DNA from: Ramlibacter sp.
Lineage (GTDB): Bacteria; Pseudomonadota; Gammaproteobacteria; Burkholderiales; Burkholderiaceae_C
Assembly (NCBI RefSeq): GCF_041916345.1
Contig: NZ_JAYRZR010000007.1
Coordinates: 14,450-78,449, forward strand
Direction of reading: 5' to 3'
Length of the DNA: 64,000 nt
Shown: piece after piece, positions 8,506 to 17,519 of the stretch
Layout: the number at the start of each line of letters is the position of its first letter
Numbering within the stretch: position 1 is the first letter of the stretch
Notes under the pieces: generated by a model
The model's input: only the letters and a program-made list of their open reading frames with translations
Database searches by the model: none
What the model was told of the DNA's origin: nothing
Program-made: the position numbers and the translations under genes

Positions 8506-10029
8506 ATGCATCTCTTCAAGCTGCTCGAACGCTCGGCGCACCAGTGGCCCGATGAGGGCGCGGTGTACCTCGGCACGCAGCGCGTGCAGACCTGGGCGCA
8601 GCTGCACCGCCGCTCGCTCGCGCTCGGTGGGGCGCTGGCCGCGCAGGCCCCGGCTGGCAGCCGCATCGCCCTGGCGAGCGAGAACACGCCGCAGTACCTG
8701 GAGCTGATGTTCGGCACCTGGGCCGCGCAGCAGGCCATCGTGCCACTCAACTACAAGCTGCATGCCAAGGAGATGGCGCAGATCATCGAGGACGCCGATG
8801 TGTCGCGCGTCTTCGCCTCGCCCGCCATCGCCGAGGGCCTGCGCACCACGCTGCCGGCGCCCTGGCGCGACCGCCTGGTGGTGATCGGCTCGGCCGACTA
8901 CGAGCGCCTGTTCGAGGGGCCCGTGGCCACCGTGGGCACCATCGACCCGCAGGCGCTGGCCTGGCTGTTCTACACCAGCGGCACGACCGGCCGAAGCAAG
9001 GGCGCGATGCTCTCGCACCGCAACCTCATGGTCATGACCATGGGCCACCTGGCCGATGTGGAGGTGCTGGACGAGCACTGCAGCCAGATCCACGCGGCGC
9101 CCATGTCGCATGGCTCCGGTCTGTACATCCCGACCTCGATCGCGCGCGGCGCGCGCCAGGTGATCCCCGCATCGCAGGGCTTCGACGCGGCGGAGTTCCT
9201 GCAGCTGTGCGACCAGCATCCGGGCTGCGGCGCCTTCCTGGCGCCCACCATGGTGCAGCGCCTGCGCCTCGCGGCGGAGGCCAGCGGCCACGTGCCCAAG
9301 GGGCTGCGCAGCATCGTCTACGGCGGCGCGCCCATGTACGTGGAGGAACTGAAGAAGTCCATCGCGGTGTTCGGCCAGGTGTTCGCGCAGATCTATGGCC
9401 AGGGCGAGGCGCCCATGACCATCACCGGCCTGCGCCGGCAGGACCATGCGAGCACTGACGAGGCCGTGCTGGGCTCGGCCGGTGTGCCGCGCACGGGGGT
9501 GGAGGTGCGCGTGGTCGACGAGCAGGGGCAGGACGTGCCGCAGGGCGAGATCGGCGAGATCATCGCGCGCGGCGACGTGGTCATGTCCGGCTACTGGAAC
9601 AACCCCAAGGGCACGGCCGAGGCGCTGCGCGAGGGCTGGCTCTACACCGGCGACATGGGCTCCTTCGACGCGCGCGGCTATCTCACGCTGCGCGACCGCA
9701 GCAAGGATGTGGTGATCAGCGGCGGCTCCAACATCTACCCGCGCGAGGTGGAAGAGGCGCTGCTCACCCACCCCGGCGTGTCGGAGGTCAGCGTGATCGG
9801 CCAGCCCGATCCGGAGTGGGGCGAGGTCGTCATCGCCTGCGTGGTGCGTGTGCCGGGCGGCAACGTCTCGGCGCAGGAACTGGACGCGCATTGCCTGGAG
9901 AGCATCGCGCGCTTCAAGCGACCCAAGCGCTACGTGTTCCTGGAGGCGCTGCCCAAGAGCAGCTACGGCAAGATCCTCAAGCGCGAACTGCGGCAGCAGG
10001 TCGCCGCAACCGCCCGGGGCGCAAGCTGA
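8506..10029 (+). CDS. AMP-dependent acyl-CoA synthetase/ligase
   Basis: Motifs YTSGTTGRSKGA, GYWNNP and C-terminal SYGKILKREL. 507 aa. Confidence 0.9.
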   Translation: MHLFKLLERSAHQWPDEGAVYLGTQRVQTWAQLHRRSLALGGALAAQAPAGSRIALASENTPQYLELMFGTWAAQQAIVPLNYKLHAKEMAQIIEDADVSRVFASPAIAEGLRTTLPAPWRDRLVVIGSADYERLFEGPVATVGTIDPQALAWLFYTSGTTGRSKGAMLSHRNLMVMTMGHLADVEVLDEHCSQIHAAPMSHGSGLYIPTSIARGARQVIPASQGFDAAEFLQLCDQHPGCGAFLAPTMVQRLRLAAEASGHVPKGLRSIVYGGAPMYVEELKKSIAVFGQVFAQIYGQGEAPMTITGLRRQDHASTDEAVLGSAGVPRTGVEVRVVDEQGQDVPQGEIGEIIARGDVVMSGYWNNPKGTAEALREGWLYTGDMGSFDARGYLTLRDRSKDVVISGGSNIYPREVEEALLTHPGVSEVSVIGQPDPEWGEVVIACVVRVPGGNVSAQELDAHCLESIARFKRPKRYVFLEALPKSSYGKILKRELRQQVAATARGAS

Positions 10030-10061
10030 ACGACGCCGCGCGCGGGTATCGCCCGCCGGCC

Positions 10062-11276
10062 ATGGGCCCGGCGCTGGTGGTGCTCGTGGTCACGCTGGGC
10101 ACGGCCGCGCAGCCGGTGGGGACCGATCTGTACCTGGCCGCGCTGCCGGCGATCCGCAACGACTACGGCGCGCCGGTCAGCGTGGTGCAGCTCACGCTGG
10201 CGGTGCTGGTGTTCAGCTTCGGCCTGAGCCAGCTCTTCTGGGGCCCGGCGGCAGACCGCTTTGGCCGGCGGCCGGTGTTCCTGGCCGGCTTCGCGCTCTT
10301 CGCCGGTGCCGCGCTCATCGGCAGCATGGCGCCCTCCATCCACCTGCTGATCGCGGCGCGGGCGCTGCAGGGCCTGGGCATCGCCGCCACGATGGTGTGC
10401 GCGCGGGCCCTGGTGCGCGACCTGTTCGAGCAGCAGCGCGGCACCCACGTGATGACGGTGGCGATGTCGGTGCTGGCCTGCCTGGTCATGACGGTGCCGG
10501 CATTGGGCGCCGCCCTGGCGGATGCCTTCGGCTGGCGCGCCACGCTGTACACCATGGCCGCCTTTGGCGTGGCCGGTGCGCTGCTGGTGGCGCTGCGAGT
10601 GCCCGAGACGGCGCACGCCCTGCGTCCCGACGCGCTGCAGGTGGCGCCGCTCTTCGCCGTCTATGGCCGCATCGCCCGGCACCCGACCTTCCGCTCGTGG
10701 ACGCTGCTCAATGCGTTCGGCTACGCGGCCAACTTCGGCTTCTTCTCCAGCTCGGCCTACCTGTTCATCGAGACCTTCGGTCTCTCGCGCGTGAGCTTCG
10801 GCCTGGTGATCGGCGGCGCCTCGGTCAGTTACCTGGTCGGCACCTTCCTGTGCCGCCGCTGGATCGCGGCGCACGGCATCGTGACCACGGTGCGCTGGGC
10901 GGGCCGGCTCACGCTGGTCGGTGCGGCGGCCTTCATCGGGCTGGAGCTGGCGAACAGCCACACCGCTGCCACGCTCGCCGGCAGCCTGTGGCTGATGCTG
11001 CTGGCCTATGGCGTCTACCAGCCCTGCGGCCACGTGGGCATGGCCACGCCGTTCCCGCAGCAGGCCGGCGCGGCCTCTGCCCTGGGCGGTTTCGTCTTCG
11101 CGGTGGCGGCCTTTCTCTCTGGCGCCTGGATGGGCTGGATGTTCGAGAGCGGCAGCACCCGCGTGCTGGCGCTCACCACCGGCGTGCTCAGCGCGCTGGC
11201 CGGCCTGACCTGCCTCACTTTCCTGCAACGCCACGGCCAGCCGGCCGTGCCGGCCACGTCTCAATCGACCACCTGA
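10062..11276 (+). CDS. MFS transporter (Bcr/CflA-like drug/metabolite efflux subfamily)
   Basis: ORF 9816..11276 trimmed to MGPALVVLVV at 10062. MFS motif A GPAADRFGRRPV. About 12 TM segments. Confidence 0.8.
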   Translation: MGPALVVLVVTLGTAAQPVGTDLYLAALPAIRNDYGAPVSVVQLTLAVLVFSFGLSQLFWGPAADRFGRRPVFLAGFALFAGAALIGSMAPSIHLLIAARALQGLGIAATMVCARALVRDLFEQQRGTHVMTVAMSVLACLVMTVPALGAALADAFGWRATLYTMAAFGVAGALLVALRVPETAHALRPDALQVAPLFAVYGRIARHPTFRSWTLLNAFGYAANFGFFSSSAYLFIETFGLSRVSFGLVIGGASVSYLVGTFLCRRWIAAHGIVTTVRWAGRLTLVGAAAFIGLELANSHTAATLAGSLWLMLLAYGVYQPCGHVGMATPFPQQAGAASALGGFVFAVAAFLSGAWMGWMFESGSTRVLALTTGVLSALAGLTCLTFLQRHGQPAVPATSQSTT

Positions 11277-11291
11277 CCAAGAGGACCACGC

Positions 11292-12455
11292 ATGACCGCC
11301 TACATCACCGGCTGGGGCCACACCGCCTTCGGCAAGTTCGACCAGGTCGAACTGGAGCAGATGATCCGCGACGCGGTGCAGCCCGCGCTGGCGAGCGCCG
11401 GGCTGGCGCCGCAAGACATCGACGGCATCTTCGTCGGCCACTTCAACGCCGGCTTCGTGGGGCAGGATTTCACCGCGGCCCTGCCGGCCGTGGCCATGAC
11501 CGAGTTTCGCCACACGCCGGCCATGCGCACCGAAAACGCCTGCGCCACCGGCTCCGCCGCGATCTGGGCGGCGCTCGACGCCATGGGCGCCGGCCGCATG
11601 AAGCGCACGCTCGTCATCGGCATGGAGAAGATGAACGGCCTGAAGACGCCCGAGGTGGCGGCCACGCTGATCAAGTGCTCCTACGTCAAGGAGGAGGGCA
11701 GTGACCCCGCGGGCTTTGCCGGCATCTTCGGCGGCATCGCCACGAAGTACTTCGAGCGCTACGGCGACCAGTCAGACGCGCTGGCCGCCATCGCGGCCAA
11801 GAACCACGCCAACGGCATGCACAACCCGTACGCGCACATGCGGCGCGACTTCGGCTTCGACTTCTGCCGCACGCCGAGCGACAAGAACCCGTTCGTCTCG
11901 GGCCCGCTCAAGCGCTCCGACTGCTCGTTGGTCTCCGACGGCGCGGCGGCCCTGGTGCTCTCCACCGAGCCGCTGCCCGGTGCCAAGGTGCGGCCGGTGA
12001 AGTGGCGCTCGCGCACGCAGGTGAATGACTTCATGCCCATGTCGCGCCGCGACCCCACGCGCTTCGAGGGCGCGGCCATGGCCTGGCAGAAGGGCCTGGC
12101 GGCGGCGAACGCCACGCTGGACGACCTGGCCTTCGTGGAGACGCACGACTGCTTCACCATCGCCGAACTGCTGGAGTACGAGGCCATGGGCCTGGCGCCG
12201 CACGGCCAGGGCGCGCGCGTGATCCTGGACGGCGTGACGCGCAAGGACGGCCGCCTGCCCGTCAACCCTTCGGGCGGCCTCAAGTCCAAGGGCCATCCCA
12301 TCGGTGCCACCGGCGTGTCGCAGCACGTGATGGCGGCCATGCAGCTCTCTGGCACCGCGGGTGACATGCAGGTGGGCCGCAACGGGCTGGGTGCGGTGTT
12401 CAACATGGGTGGCTCGGCGGTGGCGTCGTACCTGAGCATTCTCGAAGCGGCCTGA
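11292..12455 (+). CDS. Thiolase, SCP-x / lipid-transfer-protein type
   Basis: AAGAGGA RBS. Nucleophile Cys in ENACATGS; HDCF and GHPIGATG motifs are all intact. Confidence 0.85.
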   Translation: MTAYITGWGHTAFGKFDQVELEQMIRDAVQPALASAGLAPQDIDGIFVGHFNAGFVGQDFTAALPAVAMTEFRHTPAMRTENACATGSAAIWAALDAMGAGRMKRTLVIGMEKMNGLKTPEVAATLIKCSYVKEEGSDPAGFAGIFGGIATKYFERYGDQSDALAAIAAKNHANGMHNPYAHMRRDFGFDFCRTPSDKNPFVSGPLKRSDCSLVSDGAAALVLSTEPLPGAKVRPVKWRSRTQVNDFMPMSRRDPTRFEGAAMAWQKGLAAANATLDDLAFVETHDCFTIAELLEYEAMGLAPHGQGARVILDGVTRKDGRLPVNPSGGLKSKGHPIGATGVSQHVMAAMQLSGTAGDMQVGRNGLGAVFNMGGSAVASYLSILEAA

Positions 12456-12515
12456 GGCGGCGTGCCGGCGGCCGGGCGCCGGCACCTTGCGACCCCGCCG
12501 AAACTGCCCCATAAT

Positions 12516-12535
12516 TAGTCCGACGAGACGGACTA
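12516..12535. promoter_or_regulatory. Copy B of the recurrent 20-bp inverted repeat (TAGTCCG-ACGAGA-CGGACTA)
   Basis: Perfect 7-bp arms inside an AT-rich island (ATAATTAG..ACTATCAAC). It ends 31 nt upstream of the ferredoxin reductase ATG. Confidence 0.6.
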
Positions 12536-12565
12536 TCAACAGACGACGGCGAAGCCCCACAGACC

Positions 12566-13840
12566 ATGCAGACGCAACCGCCCGGCCTGCTCATCATCGG
12601 CGCCGGCCACGCCGGCAGCGAGCTGGCCATTGCCGCGCGGCAGGCTGGCTGGCCCGATGCCATCACCCTGCTCGGCGAGGAGCCGTTCGTGCCGTATCAC
12701 CGGCCGCCGCTCTCCAAGGCCTGGCTGGCCGGCGAGGCGGATGAGGCCTCGCTGCAGCTGCGGCCCGCCAGTGCCTATGAACTGGCGCGGGTCGACCTGC
12801 GCCTCGGCACACGCGCCGTGGCCATCGACCGCGCCGCCCACACGGTGACCCTGGCCGACGGTACGCAGCTGCCGTACGCCAAGCTCGCGCTGTGCACCGG
12901 CGGGCGCCCGCGGCCCTTTGTCTGCGAGGGCATCGACCCCGCACAGCCGCCCGCCAACCTGCACCTGCTGCGCACCCGCGCCGATGCCGACGCCCTGCGC
13001 GCAGGCCTGCGGGTGAGCGGCCACCTCGTCGTCATCGGCGGCGGCTACGTGGGGCTGGAGGTCGCGGCCTCGGCCATCAAGCTGGGCCTGCGGGTCACGC
13101 TGCTGGAGGCGCAGCCGCGCGTGCTGGCGCGAGTGGCCGGCCCTGAGGTCTCGCGCTTCTATGAGGATGTGCATCGCGCCGCCGGCGTGGATGTGCGCAC
13201 CGATGTCTCCGTGGCGCGGGTCGATGTCACGGGCGGCCGCATCGTCGCGGTCCACACCACGGCGGGCGAACGCATCGAGGTCGATGCCGTGGTGGCGGGT
13301 CTGGGCATGCTGGTTGACGTGGGCCTGGCCGCCGCCGTCGGCCTGGCGCAGGAAGCCGGCATCCCGATCGACGAGCACTCGTGTACGGCCGACCCGGACA
13401 TCCTGGCCGCGGGCGACTGCACGCTGCAGGTGAGCGCGCTCTATGGCGGCGCGCCGCGCCGCATCGAATCCGTGCCGAACGCGCTGGAGCAGGCGCGCGC
13501 GGCCGCCGGCTGGCTGGCCGGCAAGCCGCGGCCGAACCGGGCGGTGCCCTGGTTCTGGTCTGACCAGTACGACCTGAAGCTCCAGATGGCCGGGCTCTCG
13601 CAGGGCTGGGACCGCTGCGTGCTGCGCGGCGATCCGGCCGCGCGCAGCTTCGCGGCCTTCTACCTCGCCGGCCGGCGCCTGCTGGCCGTGGACGCGGTGA
13701 ACCGCCCGGCGGAGTTCATGCTGGTGCGCCGCCTGCTGGCCCAGCCGGTCGATGTGGACGCCGACCTGACCGATGAGAGCCGGCCGCTCAAGGATCTGCT
13801 GCCTGCCCTGACACCGGCAGGGATTACGGGTAAGCCCTAG
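12566..13840 (+). CDS. FAD-dependent NAD(P)H:ferredoxin reductase (putidaredoxin-reductase-like)
   Basis: GAGHAG FAD fold and GGGYVGLE NAD fold. 424 aa. C-terminal reductase dimerisation-type domain. Confidence 0.9.
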   Translation: MQTQPPGLLIIGAGHAGSELAIAARQAGWPDAITLLGEEPFVPYHRPPLSKAWLAGEADEASLQLRPASAYELARVDLRLGTRAVAIDRAAHTVTLADGTQLPYAKLALCTGGRPRPFVCEGIDPAQPPANLHLLRTRADADALRAGLRVSGHLVVIGGGYVGLEVAASAIKLGLRVTLLEAQPRVLARVAGPEVSRFYEDVHRAAGVDVRTDVSVARVDVTGGRIVAVHTTAGERIEVDAVVAGLGMLVDVGLAAAVGLAQEAGIPIDEHSCTADPDILAAGDCTLQVSALYGGAPRRIESVPNALEQARAAAGWLAGKPRPNRAVPWFWSDQYDLKLQMAGLSQGWDRCVLRGDPAARSFAAFYLAGRRLLAVDAVNRPAEFMLVRRLLAQPVDVDADLTDESRPLKDLLPALTPAGITGKP

Positions 13841-13880
13841 CCGGGACATCCCGCCCCTTCCCGATAATTCGCCTCATTCA

Positions 13881-13900
13881 AAGACCGACGCGACGGTCTA
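13881..13900. promoter_or_regulatory. Copy C of the recurrent 20-bp inverted repeat (AAGACCG-ACGCGA-CGGTCTA)
   Basis: 7-bp arms that match in 6 of 7 positions (reverse complement of the right arm is TAGACCG versus AAGACCG), in an AT-rich island. It ends 25 nt upstream of ATG 13925 of the first ABC gene. Confidence 0.6.
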
Positions 13901-13924
13901 ATATTGGAAAGAAGCCCGACGCAC

Positions 13925-14755
13925 ATGGAGACCTCTTCAACCGCCAGCGCGACAGCGCCGCCAGCCCTGGCGGTGCACAACATCCAGATCGTCTATGGCG
14001 GCGCCATCGAGGCCGTTCGCGACGTGTCGCTGGAGGTGCGCCCGGGCCAGATCGTCGCGCTGCTGGGCTCCAACGGCGCGGGCAAGTCCAGCGTGCTCAA
14101 GGCCATCTCGGGCGTGCTCGATGCGGAGGACGGCGAGATCGAGAAGGGCTCCATCCACCTGTTCGGCGAAGCCGTGGAGCGGGCGCCGGCGCCGCTGATC
14201 GTGCGGCGCGGCATGGTGCAGGTGCCGGAGGGCCGCCGCCTGTTCGGCACGCTCACCGTGGACGAGAACCTGGTCGTGGGCGCGCATCTGCAGGGCACCA
14301 GCCAGCTCGCCCAGACGCGCGACTACGTGTACGAACTCTTCCCGCGCCTGGCGGACCGGCGCAAGCAGATCGCCGGCTACCTCTCGGGCGGTGAGCAGCA
14401 GATGGTGGCCATCGGCCGCGCGCTCATGAGTCAGCCCAAGGTGCTGGCGCTCGACGAGCCCTCGCTCGGGCTCGCGCCCCTGATCGTGACCGAGATCTTC
14501 AACAGCATCCGCCGCCTGCGCGAGACATCGGGCCTGACCATCCTGCTGGTGGAGCAGAACGCCAGCCGGGCGCTCGCCATCGCCGACTACGCCTACATCA
14601 TGGAGAACGGCCGCGTGGTGCTGGACGGCACCAGCGAGCAGCTGCGAAAGAACCAGGACGTGCGCGAGTTCTATCTCGGTGTCTCCACCCAGGCGGGCCG
14701 CACCCACATGAAAGACGTGAAGCACTACAAGCGCCGCAAGAGGTGGCTTTCATGA
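13925..14755 (+). CDS. ABC transporter ATP-binding protein, LivF-like, with basic C-terminal tail
   Basis: Walker A GSNGAGKS, signature LSGGEQQ, Walker B LALDEP. After the usual EFYLG end it continues with VSTQAGRTHMKDVKHYKRRKRWLS. The track ORF starts at TTG 13904; ATG 13925 is preferred. Confidence 0.85.
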   Translation: METSSTASATAPPALAVHNIQIVYGGAIEAVRDVSLEVRPGQIVALLGSNGAGKSSVLKAISGVLDAEDGEIEKGSIHLFGEAVERAPAPLIVRRGMVQVPEGRRLFGTLTVDENLVVGAHLQGTSQLAQTRDYVYELFPRLADRRKQIAGYLSGGEQQMVAIGRALMSQPKVLALDEPSLGLAPLIVTEIFNSIRRLRETSGLTILLVEQNASRALAIADYAYIMENGRVVLDGTSEQLRKNQDVREFYLGVSTQAGRTHMKDVKHYKRRKRWLS

Positions 14756-14875
14756 CCCACCCCCGAAGCGCCTGCAGCGCCTCCCCATCGCACCCCGCTC
14801 AAGGGAGCGCCTCCAGCGGCCCGGCAAAGCCGGTTCCGCGGTGGCACGCGCACATCCCCTGCAAGGCCAGACACC

Positions 14876-15664
14876 ATGACCTCGCCACCCTCTCCCATCC
14901 TTGACGTCCGCGGCGTCTCCAAGCGCTTCGGCGGCGTGAAGGCGGTCAACGACGTGAGCCTGAAGGTCTTCCCGGGCGAGATCGTCAGCCTGATCGGCCC
15001 CAACGGCGCCGGCAAGACGACCACCTTCAACCTGATCAGCGGCGTGCTGCCGCCTACCGAAGGCCAGATCCTCTTCGAAGGCCAGGATGTCGCGCGGCTG
15101 AAGTCATCGGACTTCGCCCGCCTCGGCATCGGCCGCACCTTCCAGAATCTGGCCCTGTTCCGCCACGGAACGGTGGTCGAGAACCTGCTGGTGGGCCGCC
15201 ACATCCACTTCCGCTACTCGGTGCTGGAGTCGCTGCTGCACTTCGGCCGGCCGCGCCGCGAGGAGATCGCCGCGCGCGAGAAGGTCGAGCAGATCATCGA
15301 GTTCCTGGAGATCGAGGAGCTGCGCGACAAGACCGTCTCGCAGCTCGCCTACGGCCAGCAGAAGCGCGTGGAACTGGGCCGTGCGCTGGCCTGTGAGCCC
15401 AAGCTGCTGCTGCTGGACGAGATCGTCGCGGGCATGAACCGCGAAGAGAAGGAAGACATCGCCCGCTTCACGCTGGACATCCGCGACGAGTTCGGCATCG
15501 CCGTGCTGATGATCGAGCACGACATGCAGGTGGTGATGGATCTCTCCGACCGCGTGTACGTGCTGGACTTCGGCTCCCTCATCGCGCAGGGCACGCCCGC
15601 CGAGGTGGCGGCGAACCCGCAGGTGCTGCAGGCCTACCTGGGCGAGGAGGCAGTGCATGCTTGA
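14876..15664 (+). CDS. ABC transporter ATP-binding protein, LivG-like
   Basis: Walker A GPNGAGKT, YGQQKRVELGRAL signature region, LLLDE Walker B. 262 aa. Confidence 0.9.
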   Translation: MTSPPSPILDVRGVSKRFGGVKAVNDVSLKVFPGEIVSLIGPNGAGKTTTFNLISGVLPPTEGQILFEGQDVARLKSSDFARLGIGRTFQNLALFRHGTVVENLLVGRHIHFRYSVLESLLHFGRPRREEIAAREKVEQIIEFLEIEELRDKTVSQLAYGQQKRVELGRALACEPKLLLLDEIVAGMNREEKEDIARFTLDIRDEFGIAVLMIEHDMQVVMDLSDRVYVLDFGSLIAQGTPAEVAANPQVLQAYLGEEAVHA

Positions 15665-17519
15665 GCACGACCTGCTGATCCGCGGTGAGGCCACGCTGCC
15701 GGGGTTGCTGCGCCTGCAGGCCCGCGAGCGCGGCGACCAGGTGGCGCTGCGTGAGAAGGTGCAAGGCATATGGCGCGGTCGCACCTGGGCCGACTACTGG
15801 CGCGATGCCCGCCGCGTGGCGCTGGGCCTGCGCAAGCTGGGCCTGCAGCGCGGGGACCGCATCATCATCGCCGGCGAGGACGTGCCGGAGTGGTTCTACG
15901 CGGACCTGGGCGCCCAGATGATCGGTGTGCAGGTGGTGGGCATCTACCCCACCAACCCCTGGCCCGAGGTGCAGTACATCGCCGGGCACTGCCAGGCGAA
16001 GCTGGCCGTCACCGGCGACCAGGAACAGACCGACAAGGTGCTCGATGCCATGGCCAACGGCAACGGCCTGCCGCACCTGGCGCACCTGTTCTGCATCGAC
16101 ATGAAGGGCCTGCGGCGCTATCCGGAGGGGCGGCCCCATGCCTTCACCCATCTGCTGGCGCTGGGCGACGCCCTGGCCGCGGAAGACCCGGATGCGCAGC
16201 GCTGGCTGGACGAGCGCATCGATGAACTGAAGCCCGACGACGTCAACATCCTCGTCTACACGTCGGGCACCACCGGCCCGCCCAAGGGCGCGATGCTCAC
16301 GCACCGCAACTTCGTGTACGGCGCCTATGCCTACATGGCGGCGCGGCGGATGACCGACAAGCCCTTCGAGTCGGTGTGCTACCTGCCGCTGTGCCACGTG
16401 GCCGAGCGCAGCTATTCCACCGTGCAGCACCTGCTGTCGGGCGGCTGCGTGAACTTCGCGGAGTCCATCGACACCGTGGCCAGCAACATCCGCGAGATCG
16501 CGCCCACCTTCTTCCTGGGCGTGCCCCGCATCTGGGAGAAGCTGCAGCAGGGCTTCGAGTTCCGCATGAAGGACAGCGGACGCGTGCAGCAGTGGCTGTA
16601 CCGGACCGGCATGAAGCGCGGCCGCGCGCTGTCGGACCGCCGCGCGGTGCACGGCCGGCTGGTCGCCTTGGGCGACCGGCTCGAGTTCGCGTTCTGGTAC
16701 GTGCTGCTGTTCCGCAACATGCAGCGGCACATGGGCCTGAACCGCACCCATACCCGCATGTGCGGCGGGGCGTCGGTGTCGCCGGAGACGCTGCGCTTCT
16801 TCGACATCATCGGTCTGCCGGTGGGGCAGGGCTACGGCCTCACCGAGGCGGGCGGGCTGGCCTTCGTGCAGGTGCCCGGCCGGCCGTTCATCGCCGGCAG
16901 CTGCGGCCCCGCCATGGAAGGCGTGGAGTGGAAGCTGGGGGACGATGGCGAAGTGTTCGTGCGATCGCCCGGCGTGTTCCAGGGCTATCTGCACGACGAG
17001 AAGGGTACGAAGGAGATCCTGGCGACGGATGGCTGGCTGGCCACGGGCGACATCGTGGAAGTGCGTGGCGGCGACGAGATCGCGGTGGTCGACCGCAAGA
17101 AGGCCATCATCATCACCAGCGGCGGCAAGAACATCGCGCCGTCGGAGATCGAGAACGCCCTCAAGGACAGCCCCTTCGTGCGGGAGGCGATCGTGGTGGG
17201 CGAGGGCCGCAAGTTCCTGGGCGGGCTGATCCAGATCGACTTCGACAGCGTGGGCCGCTGGGCCGCCGAGCGCAACCTGCAGTACACGACCTTCAAGTCG
17301 CTGACGCAGATGGAAGAGGTGCGCGAGCTGATCCAGGGCGTGGTGGACGAAGTCAACGGCAAGTTCGCCCGCGTGGAGAACATCCGCAAGTTCGTGCTGC
17401 TCGAGAAGGAGCTGGATCACGACGACGGCGAGCTCACCGCCACCCAGAAGGTGCGGCGGGGCCTGATCAACAAGAAATTCGCGCGCGAGCTCGAGATCAT
17501 CTACGGGGGGACGGCCTGA
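15657..17519 (+). CDS. AMP-dependent (long-chain-type) acyl-CoA ligase embedded in the ABC operon
   Basis: 620 aa with YTSGTTGPPKGA. GAGGAGG RBS. Overlaps the livG-like stop by 8 nt and the livH-like start by 1 nt. Paralog of 44951..46813. Confidence 0.9.
   Translation: MLEHDLLIRGEATLPGLLRLQARERGDQVALREKVQGIWRGRTWADYWRDARRVALGLRKLGLQRGDRIIIAGEDVPEWFYADLGAQMIGVQVVGIYPTNPWPEVQYIAGHCQAKLAVTGDQEQTDKVLDAMANGNGLPHLAHLFCIDMKGLRRYPEGRPHAFTHLLALGDALAAEDPDAQRWLDERIDELKPDDVNILVYTSGTTGPPKGAMLTHRNFVYGAYAYMAARRMTDKPFESVCYLPLCHVAERSYSTVQHLLSGGCVNFAESIDTVASNIREIAPTFFLGVPRIWEKLQQGFEFRMKDSGRVQQWLYRTGMKRGRALSDRRAVHGRLVALGDRLEFAFWYVLLFRNMQRHMGLNRTHTRMCGGASVSPETLRFFDIIGLPVGQGYGLTEAGGLAFVQVPGRPFIAGSCGPAMEGVEWKLGDDGEVFVRSPGVFQGYLHDEKGTKEILATDGWLATGDIVEVRGGDEIAVVDRKKAIIITSGGKNIAPSEIENALKDSPFVREAIVVGEGRKFLGGLIQIDFDSVGRWAAERNLQYTTFKSLTQMEEVRELIQGVVDEVNGKFARVENIRKFVLLEKELDHDDGELTATQKVRRGLINKKFARELEIIYGGTA

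Noticed and set aside
13904-13924. TTG start at 13904 for the first LivF-like gene, as in the ORF track.
   Set aside because: It would place the start 3 nt after the operator arm with no RBS. ATG 13925 has a purine-rich stretch (GGAAAGAAG) upstream. The choice remains uncertain.
14756-14875. The 120-nt gap between the livF-like and livG-like genes as a possible hidden small gene or regulatory RNA.
   Set aside because: No ORF with a start context and no convincing hairpin or repeat beyond a short AGCGCCTCC duplication. It is probably just an untranslated spacer.
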